Shown piece after piece: positions 48,029 through 57,691 of a stretch of 64,000 bases of DNA. The notes under the pieces are model-generated. The model was not told where the DNA came from. It searched no databases and was given only the letters and a program-made list of their open reading frames with translations. The translations under genes were made by a program, and so were the position numbers. Numbering within the stretch: position 1 is the first letter of the stretch; each line of letters starts with the position of its first letter. The stretch is from Candidatus Marinacidobacterales bacterium (GTDB lineage: Bacteria; Acidobacteriota; Vicinamibacteria; Marinacidobacterales; DATDRI01), in assembly GCA_965226495.1 (NCBI GenBank), contig OZ245365.1, forward strand, positions 1,728,001 to 1,792,000, written 5' to 3'.

Positions 48029-50626
48029 ATGGGAAACTTGGTGCAATGCAAAACAATCGCATTTCTGGTCTCGGTGACTTTGGCGTTGGCGGCAGCGCCC
48101 GCGTTCTCCCAGGGTGCGGGCGTCGACGAGGAAGGCACGAGGGCGATTCGCAGCTATACGACCCGCCCTGAATTCCTTTCGCCTCTTGTCGATCACCTAC
48201 CCGCTTCGATCGACGGGGTTCCGCCTCCCCGGGAGGTTCTCGGCTACACCATAGGCAAACCTGGCAAGATGACTTACTACACCGATGTCGTTCGGTACGT
48301 GGAAGCGCTGGCTGAAAAATCTTCGCGAGTCGATTCGTTCTTCATCGGGACATCGAGCGAAGGTCGCCGCATCATCGCGCTCGCCGTAAGCTCCGAAGAG
48401 AACATCCGGCAAATCGAGAAATACAAGTCCATGACGTTGGCCCTCGCCGACCCGAGACAAACCTCCGAAGCCCAAGCCGCGGTCATCGTTCGGGAAGGCA
48501 AACCCATTTATGCCGTGATGGGAGCGGTTCAGGGGGCGGAGACGGCGAGCCCCGAAATGATGATGGAGCTCGCGTACCGGTTGGCAGTCAGTAGCGCTCC
48601 GATGATCGAGCGGATTCGCAACGAAGTCATCGTTCTCATTCTGCCGGTCTTCGAGCCCGACGGGCGGGACCGATACACTGATTGGTACTCTCGATACCTC
48701 GTCGATATTACCGACCAGGCACAGTGGAGGCCGGCCTCGCCCTACTGGAGCAAGTATCTCTACCACGACACCAACCGGGACGGGCTCGTTCTTTCTCAGC
48801 CAACGACCCGCGCCCTCCTCGAGCTTTTCGATCGCTTCCACCCCCAGGTGATCGACGACTTCCATGAATCCCTGCCGTTCCTCTACATATTCACCGGCAC
48901 CGGGCCCAACTACCCTAACTACGACCCCATCTACGAAACGGAGTTATCGTGGTTGGCTCACTACGAGCTGGCGCAAATGAATCGCTGGGGAATGCCAGGC
49001 GTTTGGGTGCACGACTTCGCGCAGGCTTGGTACCCGGGATACGTGGCATGGATCGCGGTGAATCGAAATGCGGTGGGGCGCTTTCATCAGTCCTTCGGCA
49101 ATGCAGGCGCCAGCACGATGAGACGGGAGCTCACCGAACCGATTCTGTCTATCTACAATCACACACGAACGTACGCAAACCGTCTTAGCCGGGAGTGGTT
49201 TCGTCCCGTCCCACCCTACCAGGAAGTCGATTGGTCCCATCGGAACAACATCAATTACCAGCAGACGGCGGTGTTGAGCGCGTTGGACCTGGTCTCCCGT
49301 CATCCGGATACGTTTCTCGAAAACTTTTGGAAAAAGGGCTTCAACTCCCTTCGTCGAGGAAGGACCGAGCCCCCTCACGCATGGGTCGTCCCCTCGGGGC
49401 AGGGGAAAGTTGGGCACCGAGACGCGGACGCGAGAGCTCGGTCGCTGATCAACCTCGTTCGTCGCCACGGGATAGAAGTTCACCGACTGACTTCCGATAT
49501 GACACTGGCGTCGGTAGTGGATACGAGCGATGTCGATGGTGCTACGGGAGGCGGCGAGGGTGGGGCACGTGTGCCTCGAGGCTCCTACGTCGTCCGTATG
49601 GATCAACCCTATCGTAACTTCATCCAGACCCTTTTCGAGATTCAGGAATATCCGGAGAACGCTCCCCCTTCCTATGACGACACGGCCTGGACACTCGGCC
49701 TCATGTTCGGCGTCCGCACGATAGAAGTGCGGGACAAAGCCGTCTTGAACGCTGCGATGGAACCGGTGGTGACCGACGTACCGAATAGCTACACGGAGAC
49801 GAAAGCCTTGGAGCGTCGCTTCGAGGAAGCTGGTTCGCCGCGCATCGGACTCGTCTACACGTGGAGATATACACAGGACACCGGCTGGCTGAGGTTCACG
49901 CTGGACACGCTGGGTATTCCCTATGAGCTCGTCAACGAAGACAGGCTGCGAAGGGGTTCTCTGGCCGATGATTTCGATGTGCTCGTTTTCGGCCCCGCGA
50001 GCCCTGCCGGGAGAGGCGACGGCCAAGCCATCGTACAAGGCTTAGACCGAAAGTATGGGCCGCTCGCCTATACCAAGACCGTACGTTTTCGCTTTATGGG
50101 CGACTACGATTCCTCCGAAGACATTACGGGAGGGATGGGTCTCGAGGGAGTAGAAAACCTCGGGTCGTTCGTCGAGGCGGGCGGCACGCTCGTTACCATC
50201 GGGTCCGCGTCCCGAGTACCGGTGGATTACGGCCTGGTACCGGAAGTGAAAATCCTCGATCCTTCGGAGCTCCTCGTTCCCGGATCGATTCTCAAGGCGG
50301 AGGTAGTCGACGACGGTCGGCCGACGACGAGTGGCTACTCTCGAGATCTGGCGGTTTTTTTCGCCAAGGCCCCGGTGTTCTCGGTGAGGGAAGGTGGGCG
50401 CGCCTCCGTGCTGCTGCGCTTTTCCGAGAGCGAAATGCTGCTATCCGGGCTTGCCGATAACGCGGCGCCGCTTCAAGGTGCGCCGGCGATCATCGAAGCG
50501 CGGATCGGGCGAGGGCACCTCGTGATGTTCGCGTTCAATCCCGTTCACCGCTGGCTGAGTGTCGGCACCTTCGACCTTCTCTTCAATACGATGCTCGCAC
50601 CGCGTGAGGCGCATCACTCGCGATGA
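48029..50626 (+). CDS. M14 zinc carboxypeptidase-like protein, active site apparently degenerate
   Basis: GTSSEGR, PDGRD, DTNRD, DFHE; QGAE instead of HxxE. Confidence 0.8.
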   Translation: MGNLVQCKTIAFLVSVTLALAAAPAFSQGAGVDEEGTRAIRSYTTRPEFLSPLVDHLPASIDGVPPPREVLGYTIGKPGKMTYYTDVVRYVEALAEKSSRVDSFFIGTSSEGRRIIALAVSSEENIRQIEKYKSMTLALADPRQTSEAQAAVIVREGKPIYAVMGAVQGAETASPEMMMELAYRLAVSSAPMIERIRNEVIVLILPVFEPDGRDRYTDWYSRYLVDITDQAQWRPASPYWSKYLYHDTNRDGLVLSQPTTRALLELFDRFHPQVIDDFHESLPFLYIFTGTGPNYPNYDPIYETELSWLAHYELAQMNRWGMPGVWVHDFAQAWYPGYVAWIAVNRNAVGRFHQSFGNAGASTMRRELTEPILSIYNHTRTYANRLSREWFRPVPPYQEVDWSHRNNINYQQTAVLSALDLVSRHPDTFLENFWKKGFNSLRRGRTEPPHAWVVPSGQGKVGHRDADARARSLINLVRRHGIEVHRLTSDMTLASVVDTSDVDGATGGGEGGARVPRGSYVVRMDQPYRNFIQTLFEIQEYPENAPPSYDDTAWTLGLMFGVRTIEVRDKAVLNAAMEPVVTDVPNSYTETKALERRFEEAGSPRIGLVYTWRYTQDTGWLRFTLDTLGIPYELVNEDRLRRGSLADDFDVLVFGPASPAGRGDGQAIVQGLDRKYGPLAYTKTVRFRFMGDYDSSEDITGGMGLEGVENLGSFVEAGGTLVTIGSASRVPVDYGLVPEVKILDPSELLVPGSILKAEVVDDGRPTTSGYSRDLAVFFAKAPVFSVREGGRASVLLRFSESEMLLSGLADNAAPLQGAPAIIEARIGRGHLVMFAFNPVHRWLSVGTFDLLFNTMLAPREAHHSR

Positions 50627-50636
50627 GCGGAAAGTG

Positions 50637-53600
50637 TCATTGCTTGTCCCAGTGGGTGACGGGGAGGACGTCGTCCTTTAGGGTGTCGGGATTCACCCAG
50701 TAGTAGTCGCCGAAGGGTCGGTCCTCCGGCCAAATCTCATCTAGAGTTTCGGCTTCATAAAGGATGCCGCCCTTCATGACGTACTCGATGTCCAACGTGT
50801 TGCGGATGTTAACAAGGGGATTGGAGTTGAGGACGAGGACATCCGCCAATTTGCCTGGCACGATGGAACCGATGTCCTGGTCTACACCGATGAAGTAGGC
50901 ACCCTGAAGGCTTGCGACCTCGAGGGCTCCCATTGCTCCGAGCGCAGATTCCGCCATCCACACCTCCCAGTGGGTGGCGAGGCCGTGCTGTTGTCCATGC
51001 GAGCCAACGGCGCCGTGGCCTCCTTCATCGATGACGTCTGCCAACCCCTGGGCCCGCAAGGGGAAATCGTAATCGCTATCCGGACGCAGCATGCGTTGAC
51101 GAAGATGCGGCATGAGCTGCCACCAGGGCGAGAAACGGCGGAGTTTCTCGTCTTTCCAAAGATCGCCTTCTTGAAAGAAGTAGTCCTGGTTGAAGATGTA
51201 GGCCGGACCGGCGACCGAAAAGACGGGGGAGTACACCGCGTCGGCTTGGCCGAGAAATTTCGCCACGTCGCCGTAAATGGGGAAGTGGCTCAGACCGTGC
51301 TCGAACCCCTTGTGACCGTCCATGATCATGCTGAGATTGAACTCGAGGTCGCCACCTTCACCGGTGACGGTTAACCCAACCTTTCGCGCCGCATCCACGA
51401 TCCACTGCCGCTGGTCTCGGCGGGGTTGAAGGTACTGTTTGATCGCAGTCGCGCCGGCTTGCGCCTTTCTTTGCACTTCTTCCATCGCTACTTCGGAGCT
51501 CGTGATGGGGTTAGGGCCGGGGCCGTCTCCGCGCCCCAAACCCTCGCCGGTGCTGAAAGTGCGGGGCCCGATGGCGAGTCCCGCGGCGGTGAGCTCGGCG
51601 GTTGGGAACACTTCTTCGTCGGGGGCGGCTGGATTGCGAGTCGTCGTCACGCCGTAGGCTAGATAGACCGCGGTCTCGAAGTTATGGGCGGGCATGATGC
51701 CCAAGTGCTGGGAGTGATGGTGCGCGTGCGCATCCACGAGACCGGGGATGATCGTCTTTCCCTGCGCGTCGATCACACGGTCGGCTGTCGTCGCATCGCA
51801 ATCGCCCACGCAGACGATGCGCTTTCCCCGCACGATCAGCGTACCCTTGTCGATGACCTTACGTTCATTGAGCGTGATGATCCGTGCGTCCCGGAGCGCG
51901 ATCGTTCCGGTTGGAGCTCGCGGCTGAACTTCCAGGTCGATCGTGATCCTCGTCGTGTGCCGCGAGACCGTGTCGTGAGAGAAGTAACGGCGTCCGTGTC
52001 CAAACTCGACGACGGTGTTGCTTCGCCAGCGTGGAAACAGGCCGCCATCTCGACTGAGGCGAATGACACCCGGCGTTTGTTTGTCAATTACGTTGGCAAC
52101 TACCTTGGCATTCACCTCGGAACGCATTTCCATCGGCGTCAAATAGACGTTCGAACCGTACTGGAACGCTACCCAATTCCCGTCGGGGGAGACGGCAATT
52201 TGTTCCGCATCCCGGAACGTCAGATGCGTGGTCGGCTCGCCGCCGTCCCGGCCTACCGAAAGGAGGTCGGTGAACGTTCCCAAACGTTTCCCTTTTTGTA
52301 GCGGATAGAAAATTCGGCCGCCTGGGCCGTAGGAGGCGCGCACGATGGGTGCGCGGACCGTCCCACCGCCGGGAGGTCGGACGCCTTCGAAAACGGGTCG
52401 GCTGATTCTCGCTATGGAGGTTGCCTCCCCTCCTGGCACCTGCACTCGAACCAACTCATACCAAACGTTGGCCGCCATGGGTCTTCGCCGCGCCGTGGCA
52501 CCCGAGCCGCGAAGCACGACGACCTCAGCTCCGTCGTCGCTCCAAGCCGGATGAAAATACTCGCCCGGATCTTCGGTCAGCTGCTTCGGCCGGCCCCCCG
52601 CCGCCGGCATCACCCAAAGATGTCCTCGCTCTTTTTCGTCCCAGCTCGTGAATGCGATCCACTCGCCATCGGGAGACCATGCGGGCATGAACTCGAAGGC
52701 GGTGAACGAGTCGGACGTGAGTCGCCGCGGCTTCCCGCCGGTGGCGGCAGCGATCCAAAGCCTCCCGACGGATTGAAAAACCACTTGACCCCCATCGGGT
52801 GAACCGGCTGGCCACCGCAAGTATTTTGCCCGGAACCGGTCGTCCGGAATACGAAACGGTGAATAGGCGGTTTCCGAGAGCGTGCGTTCGACGTGCGCCG
52901 TGAACGGAATCGTGCGGACCTCTCCCGTGTCGACGCGGACGGTTCGCAGCTTGCCCCCTTGCGACAAGACAATCGACGTCCCGTCCGGAGCCCATCGGTA
53001 CCGAGGAAGAAGGCTCACCGCATACCAGATGTCCCATCCCGCTTGGTCCACATCAATCGGATCCATGAGCACGCGCTCATGTCCGGTCTCGAGGTCTCGA
53101 AGCCACAGAGCCGAACGAGGTCCGTATTGGTGGCCCTTGTAAGAGATCTTTCCGTCGGGGATGCGGCGGGCGAATGCCAGCCAGCGTCCGTCCGGAGAGA
53201 TTTGGGGGGCGACGGCTCCACCGTTCGACGCCCTGAGGTAACCTGCCCCGGGGTCGCCTTGGCCGGCGGTCACTTGCTCCAGAGCTCCCGATTGCAGAGC
53301 GAGCCGCCGAATCTGGTAGTCGCCCTGGACGACGTCGGCCCGACGCACGTCGCCATTGAAGACATGGAAGTAGAGGTAGGTTCCATCGGCGGAAATCGAT
53401 GGGAAACCCGCTCCTCGCGTGGCTCCGCCGATGACTTCCTCTCCCTCACCCGTCGCCACGTCGTACTTCCACAACTTGGTTGACAGTCGAAAACGACGAC
53501 CGCCGGTCATGTCCTGGCGTCGGACAAAAATATATTTACCGTCCGGAGACCATTCCGGTTCGTCGAGCCGGTGGTCGAGCTCCGCTGTGACGAGGCGTGG

Positions 53601-53981
53601 GGCGGCCCCGTCGGCGTTCATCGTCCAGACGTTGAATTGGCCGGAGCGATCGGAGACGAACGCGATCTTTCTGCCGTCTGGGGAGTAACGGGGTTGAAAA
53701 TTGATCGCAAGTCCGCTGTCCGCCGTTAGGCACTCGGCAGCGCCCCCAGAGAATGGAACGCGGTAGACGTGACCGAGGAGATCGAAAATTAGAGATTGGT
53801 CGTTGGGGGAGAGGTCCACCGACATCCGCGTGCCTTCGCTGGTGTCGAAATCGATCGCACGCGTTTCACCACGCGGCTGTGTGATGTCCCAACCCAGCTC
53901 TCGCTGGAGAGGAAAGGCAACCTGTGGGGTTGCCGCCAGAAACGTTAGAGCGAGGCAGGCCCCGATCCACTTCTTACTCAT
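50637..53981 (-). CDS. Amidohydrolase with N-terminal TolB/PD40 repeats
   Basis: SPDG repeats; PGLVDAHAH; GSHGQ; GSIVPGKLAD. Confidence 0.9.
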   Translation of the reverse strand: MSKKWIGACLALTFLAATPQVAFPLQRELGWDITQPRGETRAIDFDTSEGTRMSVDLSPNDQSLIFDLLGHVYRVPFSGGAAECLTADSGLAINFQPRYSPDGRKIAFVSDRSGQFNVWTMNADGAAPRLVTAELDHRLDEPEWSPDGKYIFVRRQDMTGGRRFRLSTKLWKYDVATGEGEEVIGGATRGAGFPSISADGTYLYFHVFNGDVRRADVVQGDYQIRRLALQSGALEQVTAGQGDPGAGYLRASNGGAVAPQISPDGRWLAFARRIPDGKISYKGHQYGPRSALWLRDLETGHERVLMDPIDVDQAGWDIWYAVSLLPRYRWAPDGTSIVLSQGGKLRTVRVDTGEVRTIPFTAHVERTLSETAYSPFRIPDDRFRAKYLRWPAGSPDGGQVVFQSVGRLWIAAATGGKPRRLTSDSFTAFEFMPAWSPDGEWIAFTSWDEKERGHLWVMPAAGGRPKQLTEDPGEYFHPAWSDDGAEVVVLRGSGATARRRPMAANVWYELVRVQVPGGEATSIARISRPVFEGVRPPGGGTVRAPIVRASYGPGGRIFYPLQKGKRLGTFTDLLSVGRDGGEPTTHLTFRDAEQIAVSPDGNWVAFQYGSNVYLTPMEMRSEVNAKVVANVIDKQTPGVIRLSRDGGLFPRWRSNTVVEFGHGRRYFSHDTVSRHTTRITIDLEVQPRAPTGTIALRDARIITLNERKVIDKGTLIVRGKRIVCVGDCDATTADRVIDAQGKTIIPGLVDAHAHHHSQHLGIMPAHNFETAVYLAYGVTTTRNPAAPDEEVFPTAELTAAGLAIGPRTFSTGEGLGRGDGPGPNPITSSEVAMEEVQRKAQAGATAIKQYLQPRRDQRQWIVDAARKVGLTVTGEGGDLEFNLSMIMDGHKGFEHGLSHFPIYGDVAKFLGQADAVYSPVFSVAGPAYIFNQDYFFQEGDLWKDEKLRRFSPWWQLMPHLRQRMLRPDSDYDFPLRAQGLADVIDEGGHGAVGSHGQQHGLATHWEVWMAESALGAMGALEVASLQGAYFIGVDQDIGSIVPGKLADVLVLNSNPLVNIRNTLDIEYVMKGGILYEAETLDEIWPEDRPFGDYYWVNPDTLKDDVLPVTHWDKQ

Positions 53982-54002
53982 TGCGTACCTCGAGGAAGAA
54001 AC

Positions 54003-55376
54003 CTAGCGGTCGGTTAGACTCATGGACCCTTCGGTTTGCTTGAACACCTTGCCACCCTTCATCACGAACGTGACTCGAGTCAACTCCGCGATGTCATCGA
54101 GCGGGCTTCGGGCGGTGGCGATAATATCGGCCGACTTGCCGGGTTCGATGGTTCCGATCTCATCCGAAAGACCGAGTAGGGCGGCCGCGTTCACCGTAGC
54201 CGTTCGAATGGCTTCCGACTCGGTCATCCCGATCCGGACGTACTCGATGAGCTCACGCGCGTTGTCCCCGTGGGGATAAACCCCGGAGTCTGTGCCCAGC
54301 GCGACCTTGACACCGGCCTGATGGGCGGCCTTCAACATGACGCGCGGCTGTTGGGGGAGCACGATTTGGAAGACCTTTTCCAACACCTCTGGAGGTTGGT
54401 ATCCCCAAGGGCCGTTGCGGACTTTTTCTTTCGTGTCGCCCACGTATTCGATCAAGTAGGCGGTAGGGGATAGGTAGGCGCCCGTCCGCTTGAAGAGCTC
54501 GAAGATTTCTGGATCTTGATCGGCCCACGTACCATGCTCGATAGAGTCCACGCCCGCGAGCAAGGCCACTTTGATCCCCTCCGCGCCGTGTGCATGGGCG
54601 GCTACCTTGCGGCCCAACCCGTGCGCGGTCTCGACGATGGCGAGCAATTCCGCTTCGGTCAACTGCACGCCAGTACCGGTAGCCACGGCGCTTGCCGCGC
54701 CGCCGGTCACCATGACTTTGATGACATCGGCACCGCGTTTGATCTGCTCCCGCACGGCGCGACGACAGCCATCGGCGCCGTCACAGATCCCACCGCTCGC
54801 CACGACACCTAGCACGTCCGCTCGATAGCCGTGCACGTCGCCGTGCCCTCCGGAAACAGAGATGGTTTCACCGCCGGCCAGAATGCGCGGGCCCGGAACC
54901 TTGCCCTGGTTGATCGCGTTGCGGAGGGCGAAGACCGCATAGCCGGGGGCGCCGACGTCGCGAATCGCGGTGAATCCCGCTTCGAGGGTTTGGCGCGCGT
55001 AGACGGAAGCGTTAAGTGCGATGTCAGCATCGTTCTCGGTGACTCGCTTTAGCTTGGCTCCCGGGCCGGGGTCATGAGTGATGTGAGTGTGAACATCGAT
55101 GAGGCCAGGGAGGACGAAGCGGTCGCGGAGATCAACGAGGGTCACCGTTGCGCTACCGGCATCCAAGGCCGAAGCGTCTACGAACCCAGAGCGGATCTGG
55201 TCAACTTTCCCATCCTTAATGATGATCGTTTGATCTGGTTGGGGCGCTTGGTCAGGACTGGCCAGCAGTTCACCGGCATACAAGAGGGTCCATTCCTCGT
55301 TGGAGCCGGCCGCCTCCGACGAGCGATTCATGCTGGTGAATGACAGACAAAGGCAGGCGATAATGAGGCGCAACAT
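54003..55376 (-). CDS. Metal-dependent amidohydrolase (Xaa-Pro dipeptidase-like)
   Basis: PGLIDVHTH, GADVIK, AAHAHG, SIEHG, GTDSG. Confidence 0.92.
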   Translation of the reverse strand: MLRLIIACLCLSFTSMNRSSEAAGSNEEWTLLYAGELLASPDQAPQPDQTIIIKDGKVDQIRSGFVDASALDAGSATVTLVDLRDRFVLPGLIDVHTHITHDPGPGAKLKRVTENDADIALNASVYARQTLEAGFTAIRDVGAPGYAVFALRNAINQGKVPGPRILAGGETISVSGGHGDVHGYRADVLGVVASGGICDGADGCRRAVREQIKRGADVIKVMVTGGAASAVATGTGVQLTEAELLAIVETAHGLGRKVAAHAHGAEGIKVALLAGVDSIEHGTWADQDPEIFELFKRTGAYLSPTAYLIEYVGDTKEKVRNGPWGYQPPEVLEKVFQIVLPQQPRVMLKAAHQAGVKVALGTDSGVYPHGDNARELIEYVRIGMTESEAIRTATVNAAALLGLSDEIGTIEPGKSADIIATARSPLDDIAELTRVTFVMKGGKVFKQTEGSMSLTDR

Positions 55377-55414
55377 CGTTTCTCCCGGCGACTAAATAGG
55401 AAATCTCTCGTTCG

Positions 55415-56215
55415 TTAAACCCACCATTCAAGGAACGCCGTGCGAACTAAAAGGCCAAGGACGAGAGCAGCCAGTACGCTCGCCAGAGTTCCTACCAAGA
55501 AATACTCCGCGAAGTCCCGATCCTCAAATTCCTTGATACGGATGAGTCCTTTCGCGGCGACAAGAAAGCCGAGAGCGGCGTAGCTACCGAGAGCAACCGT
55601 CAGCAGCATGAGTCCGCGTTCTAGGTTTCCGATCACTCGGCCGCGATTGTACTCGGAAGTGTCGATCTCTTCCGAACCGGCACGAGCCCGAGGAACCGTC
55701 CCAACCTTGTCGAGGATGCCGCGCACGATGTGGGTCGCACCCTGGCCAGCGAATGCCAAAGCGGCGCCCGCCATTATCAAGGGGATTAGACGCTCAGCCG
55801 AGAGCGGGACCCGCATGATCGAGTGTGCGATTCCGAGCTGTGCGTGGCCGACGATAGACCCGGCCGTAACGATGACAAGAATATTGACGCATAGCTCCCA
55901 TTCGGCTTCTGCCTTGATACCTCTCGCGACGAGGAGTCTGCGCCCGAAGGGAAGGATGAGCGCTCCGGTAAGAGTCAGAACCGCCAAGGCGACACCGGGC
56001 AGGCTCCAGCCCACGATTAAGACGGTCACGACGCCGAGCGCCAGGCTCCTGGCGACGACTTGGTAGGTCCATCTTGAATGCTTGTCGAGCGAGGACCGGA
56101 TCTCCTGAAAACCGATCGGATCTCGACCCAGCGCGTAATTGACGACGGACCAAGCGAGGAGGACTTCTGCCAATGCGAGCGTTTCGCTGGGCGAACTAGG
56201 CCAAGAAAAGTTCAT
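55415..56215 (-). CDS. DUF3307-like integral membrane protein
   Basis: Several TM segments; GRVIGNLER...AAKGLIR...EYFLVGTLAS; starts 2 bp after satD. Confidence 0.75.
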   Translation of the reverse strand: MNFSWPSSPSETLALAEVLLAWSVVNYALGRDPIGFQEIRSSLDKHSRWTYQVVARSLALGVVTVLIVGWSLPGVALAVLTLTGALILPFGRRLLVARGIKAEAEWELCVNILVIVTAGSIVGHAQLGIAHSIMRVPLSAERLIPLIMAGAALAFAGQGATHIVRGILDKVGTVPRARAGSEEIDTSEYNRGRVIGNLERGLMLLTVALGSYAALGFLVAAKGLIRIKEFEDRDFAEYFLVGTLASVLAALVLGLLVRTAFLEWWV

Positions 56216-56217
56216 CG

Positions 56218-56922
56218 TTAGTTGTCGTCGGGGTTGTCGTCGGTTGTCGTCCGGTCGGCACTGCCCAGCATCTTCAGCGCCGCCCGCCAGCCCGTTTCGG
56301 CGAGGAAGTATTCTTCCCAGCCCATTGCTCCTACGTGATCGCTAACCGCCTGTTTTGTGATTTCGAGCATTTCCGCGACTTCAGTCTGCGTCTTGCCTTG
56401 CCTCAGTATCACCGCAACCTCACGCTGCCTTTCCGTCATGTCGGATCGATGACGATGCAGCACGCGGGCGAAGCCATTGAGGATTTTGTCGCCTGGGTCG
56501 CTGAAGCCAAGGAAAACCCCGCCGTTCCAGCCCTTCTTCGCCGCCTTGGTGATCGCTTCGCGAGCTCGATGGAAGGCTGGCCCATCCATGCCAATCGCCT
56601 CTGGCCGCAACGGGGTGTAGATCGTGCCAAAGCCAATCCCGAGTCGAACACCGACATGGGCGAGCTTCGCCTCGAGCTCCCAAGCCAAGTCCGGAATCAG
56701 TTCGGGATCTCGAAGTAAGGCCTGGAACTCGTCCCCGGTCGTAATCACGAAATCCGAAAGTATGGCGGCTCGATAATCCTGGTTGAGCCAGCTAAGGAAC
56801 TGCCGAAGCTCGGCTTGCACCTCCCGGCGGTCAGGCGGTGATAACTGCCTCGACGCCACGAGATCTCCAATGACGGCGGTGACGGGATTCGTAGGAGGTG
56901 CCTGCGAGCCGCTTTTCGCCAT
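56218..56922 (-). CDS. satD: SatD family protein (nucleotide-cyclase-like domain plus C-terminal HTH)
   Basis: IGDLVASR, GDEFQ, RLGIGFG, DGPAFHRAR; TERQRE...TQTEVAEMLEITKQAVS. Confidence 0.88.
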   Translation of the reverse strand: MAKSGSQAPPTNPVTAVIGDLVASRQLSPPDRREVQAELRQFLSWLNQDYRAAILSDFVITTGDEFQALLRDPELIPDLAWELEAKLAHVGVRLGIGFGTIYTPLRPEAIGMDGPAFHRAREAITKAAKKGWNGGVFLGFSDPGDKILNGFARVLHRHRSDMTERQREVAVILRQGKTQTEVAEMLEITKQAVSDHVGAMGWEEYFLAETGWRAALKMLGSADRTTTDDNPDDN

Positions 56923-56976
56923 GACTCATCCTCGTAAGATCAAATGTAACAATAGATTACGCTCATTTTTTAGTGA

Positions 56977-57087
56977 GTCAAGTGTATTAACTTTACTATG
57001 ATGAAGACAAGTTAAAAAGGCTTACTTTTTTCACGATAGTCAACTTATAAAGCTTTACTTTTGATTTGTCAATCTTTTTAGCTTTAC
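56977..57087 (-). promoter_or_regulatory. satD promoter overlapped by four 20-bp imperfect palindromes
   Basis: Minus strand TTGACA (57072-57067)-17 bp-TATAAG (57049-57044); G(T/A)CAA-N10-(T/C)TTAC boxes start at 56977, 57006, 57039 and 57068. Confidence 0.8.
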
Positions 57088-57104
57088 ATACTGTGGGCGC
57101 AGGA

Positions 57105-57691
57105 TCATCGCAGGCCGTCCTCACCCTTGATATCGGAGGCCCCGAGGCCGCCTACGCGTTCGTGGATTCTGGGTCCTATGGCCATGGCCAGGACGAGCAC
57201 CATTTCATGAGAGCGGGGTGCATCCGGCACGCCGACTTCCATGGCGTCGAAATGGCTGCGTACGTAAGCGGCGTTGATGTGACCGATGGGAATGTCGATC
57301 CTCGCGCCGACACCAGCCACTTTTTTGCTCGAAGGAACGATCGCCTTGGCGCCGCCCAGGACCTCGCGCATCCCGTAGCCGCCCGGAACGTGCCAAAGGG
57401 CACCGTGCTCGAGCTCACCGGCTTCGCCGACGATCGTTCCCTTGCCGTAGCCATCGATGGCTGCCGGATCGGCTCCGAGAGTGTCGATGAGTCGCCGTGA
57501 CATCTCGAGTCCTAGCGGCTTGAGGGCTTCCATCATCGCCGTGATCTCGGGTTCGTACCGCCCCGCGTATGGGTTCTTCACGACCGCGCAGATCGCGCCC
57601 GGCGGCGCGGTTTTTCGGGAAGGGGACCTCCGTCGTGAAGGATCTCCTCGAGGAGGACGATAAACTTTCGTACCTGAATCAGTTTTGACAT
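57105..57691 (-). pseudogene. Amino acid synthesis (DUF1185) family protein, frameshifted near 57598
   Basis: MSKLIQVRK... in one frame; VKNPYAGRY...GELEHGA...YVRSHFD in another. Confidence 0.8.
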
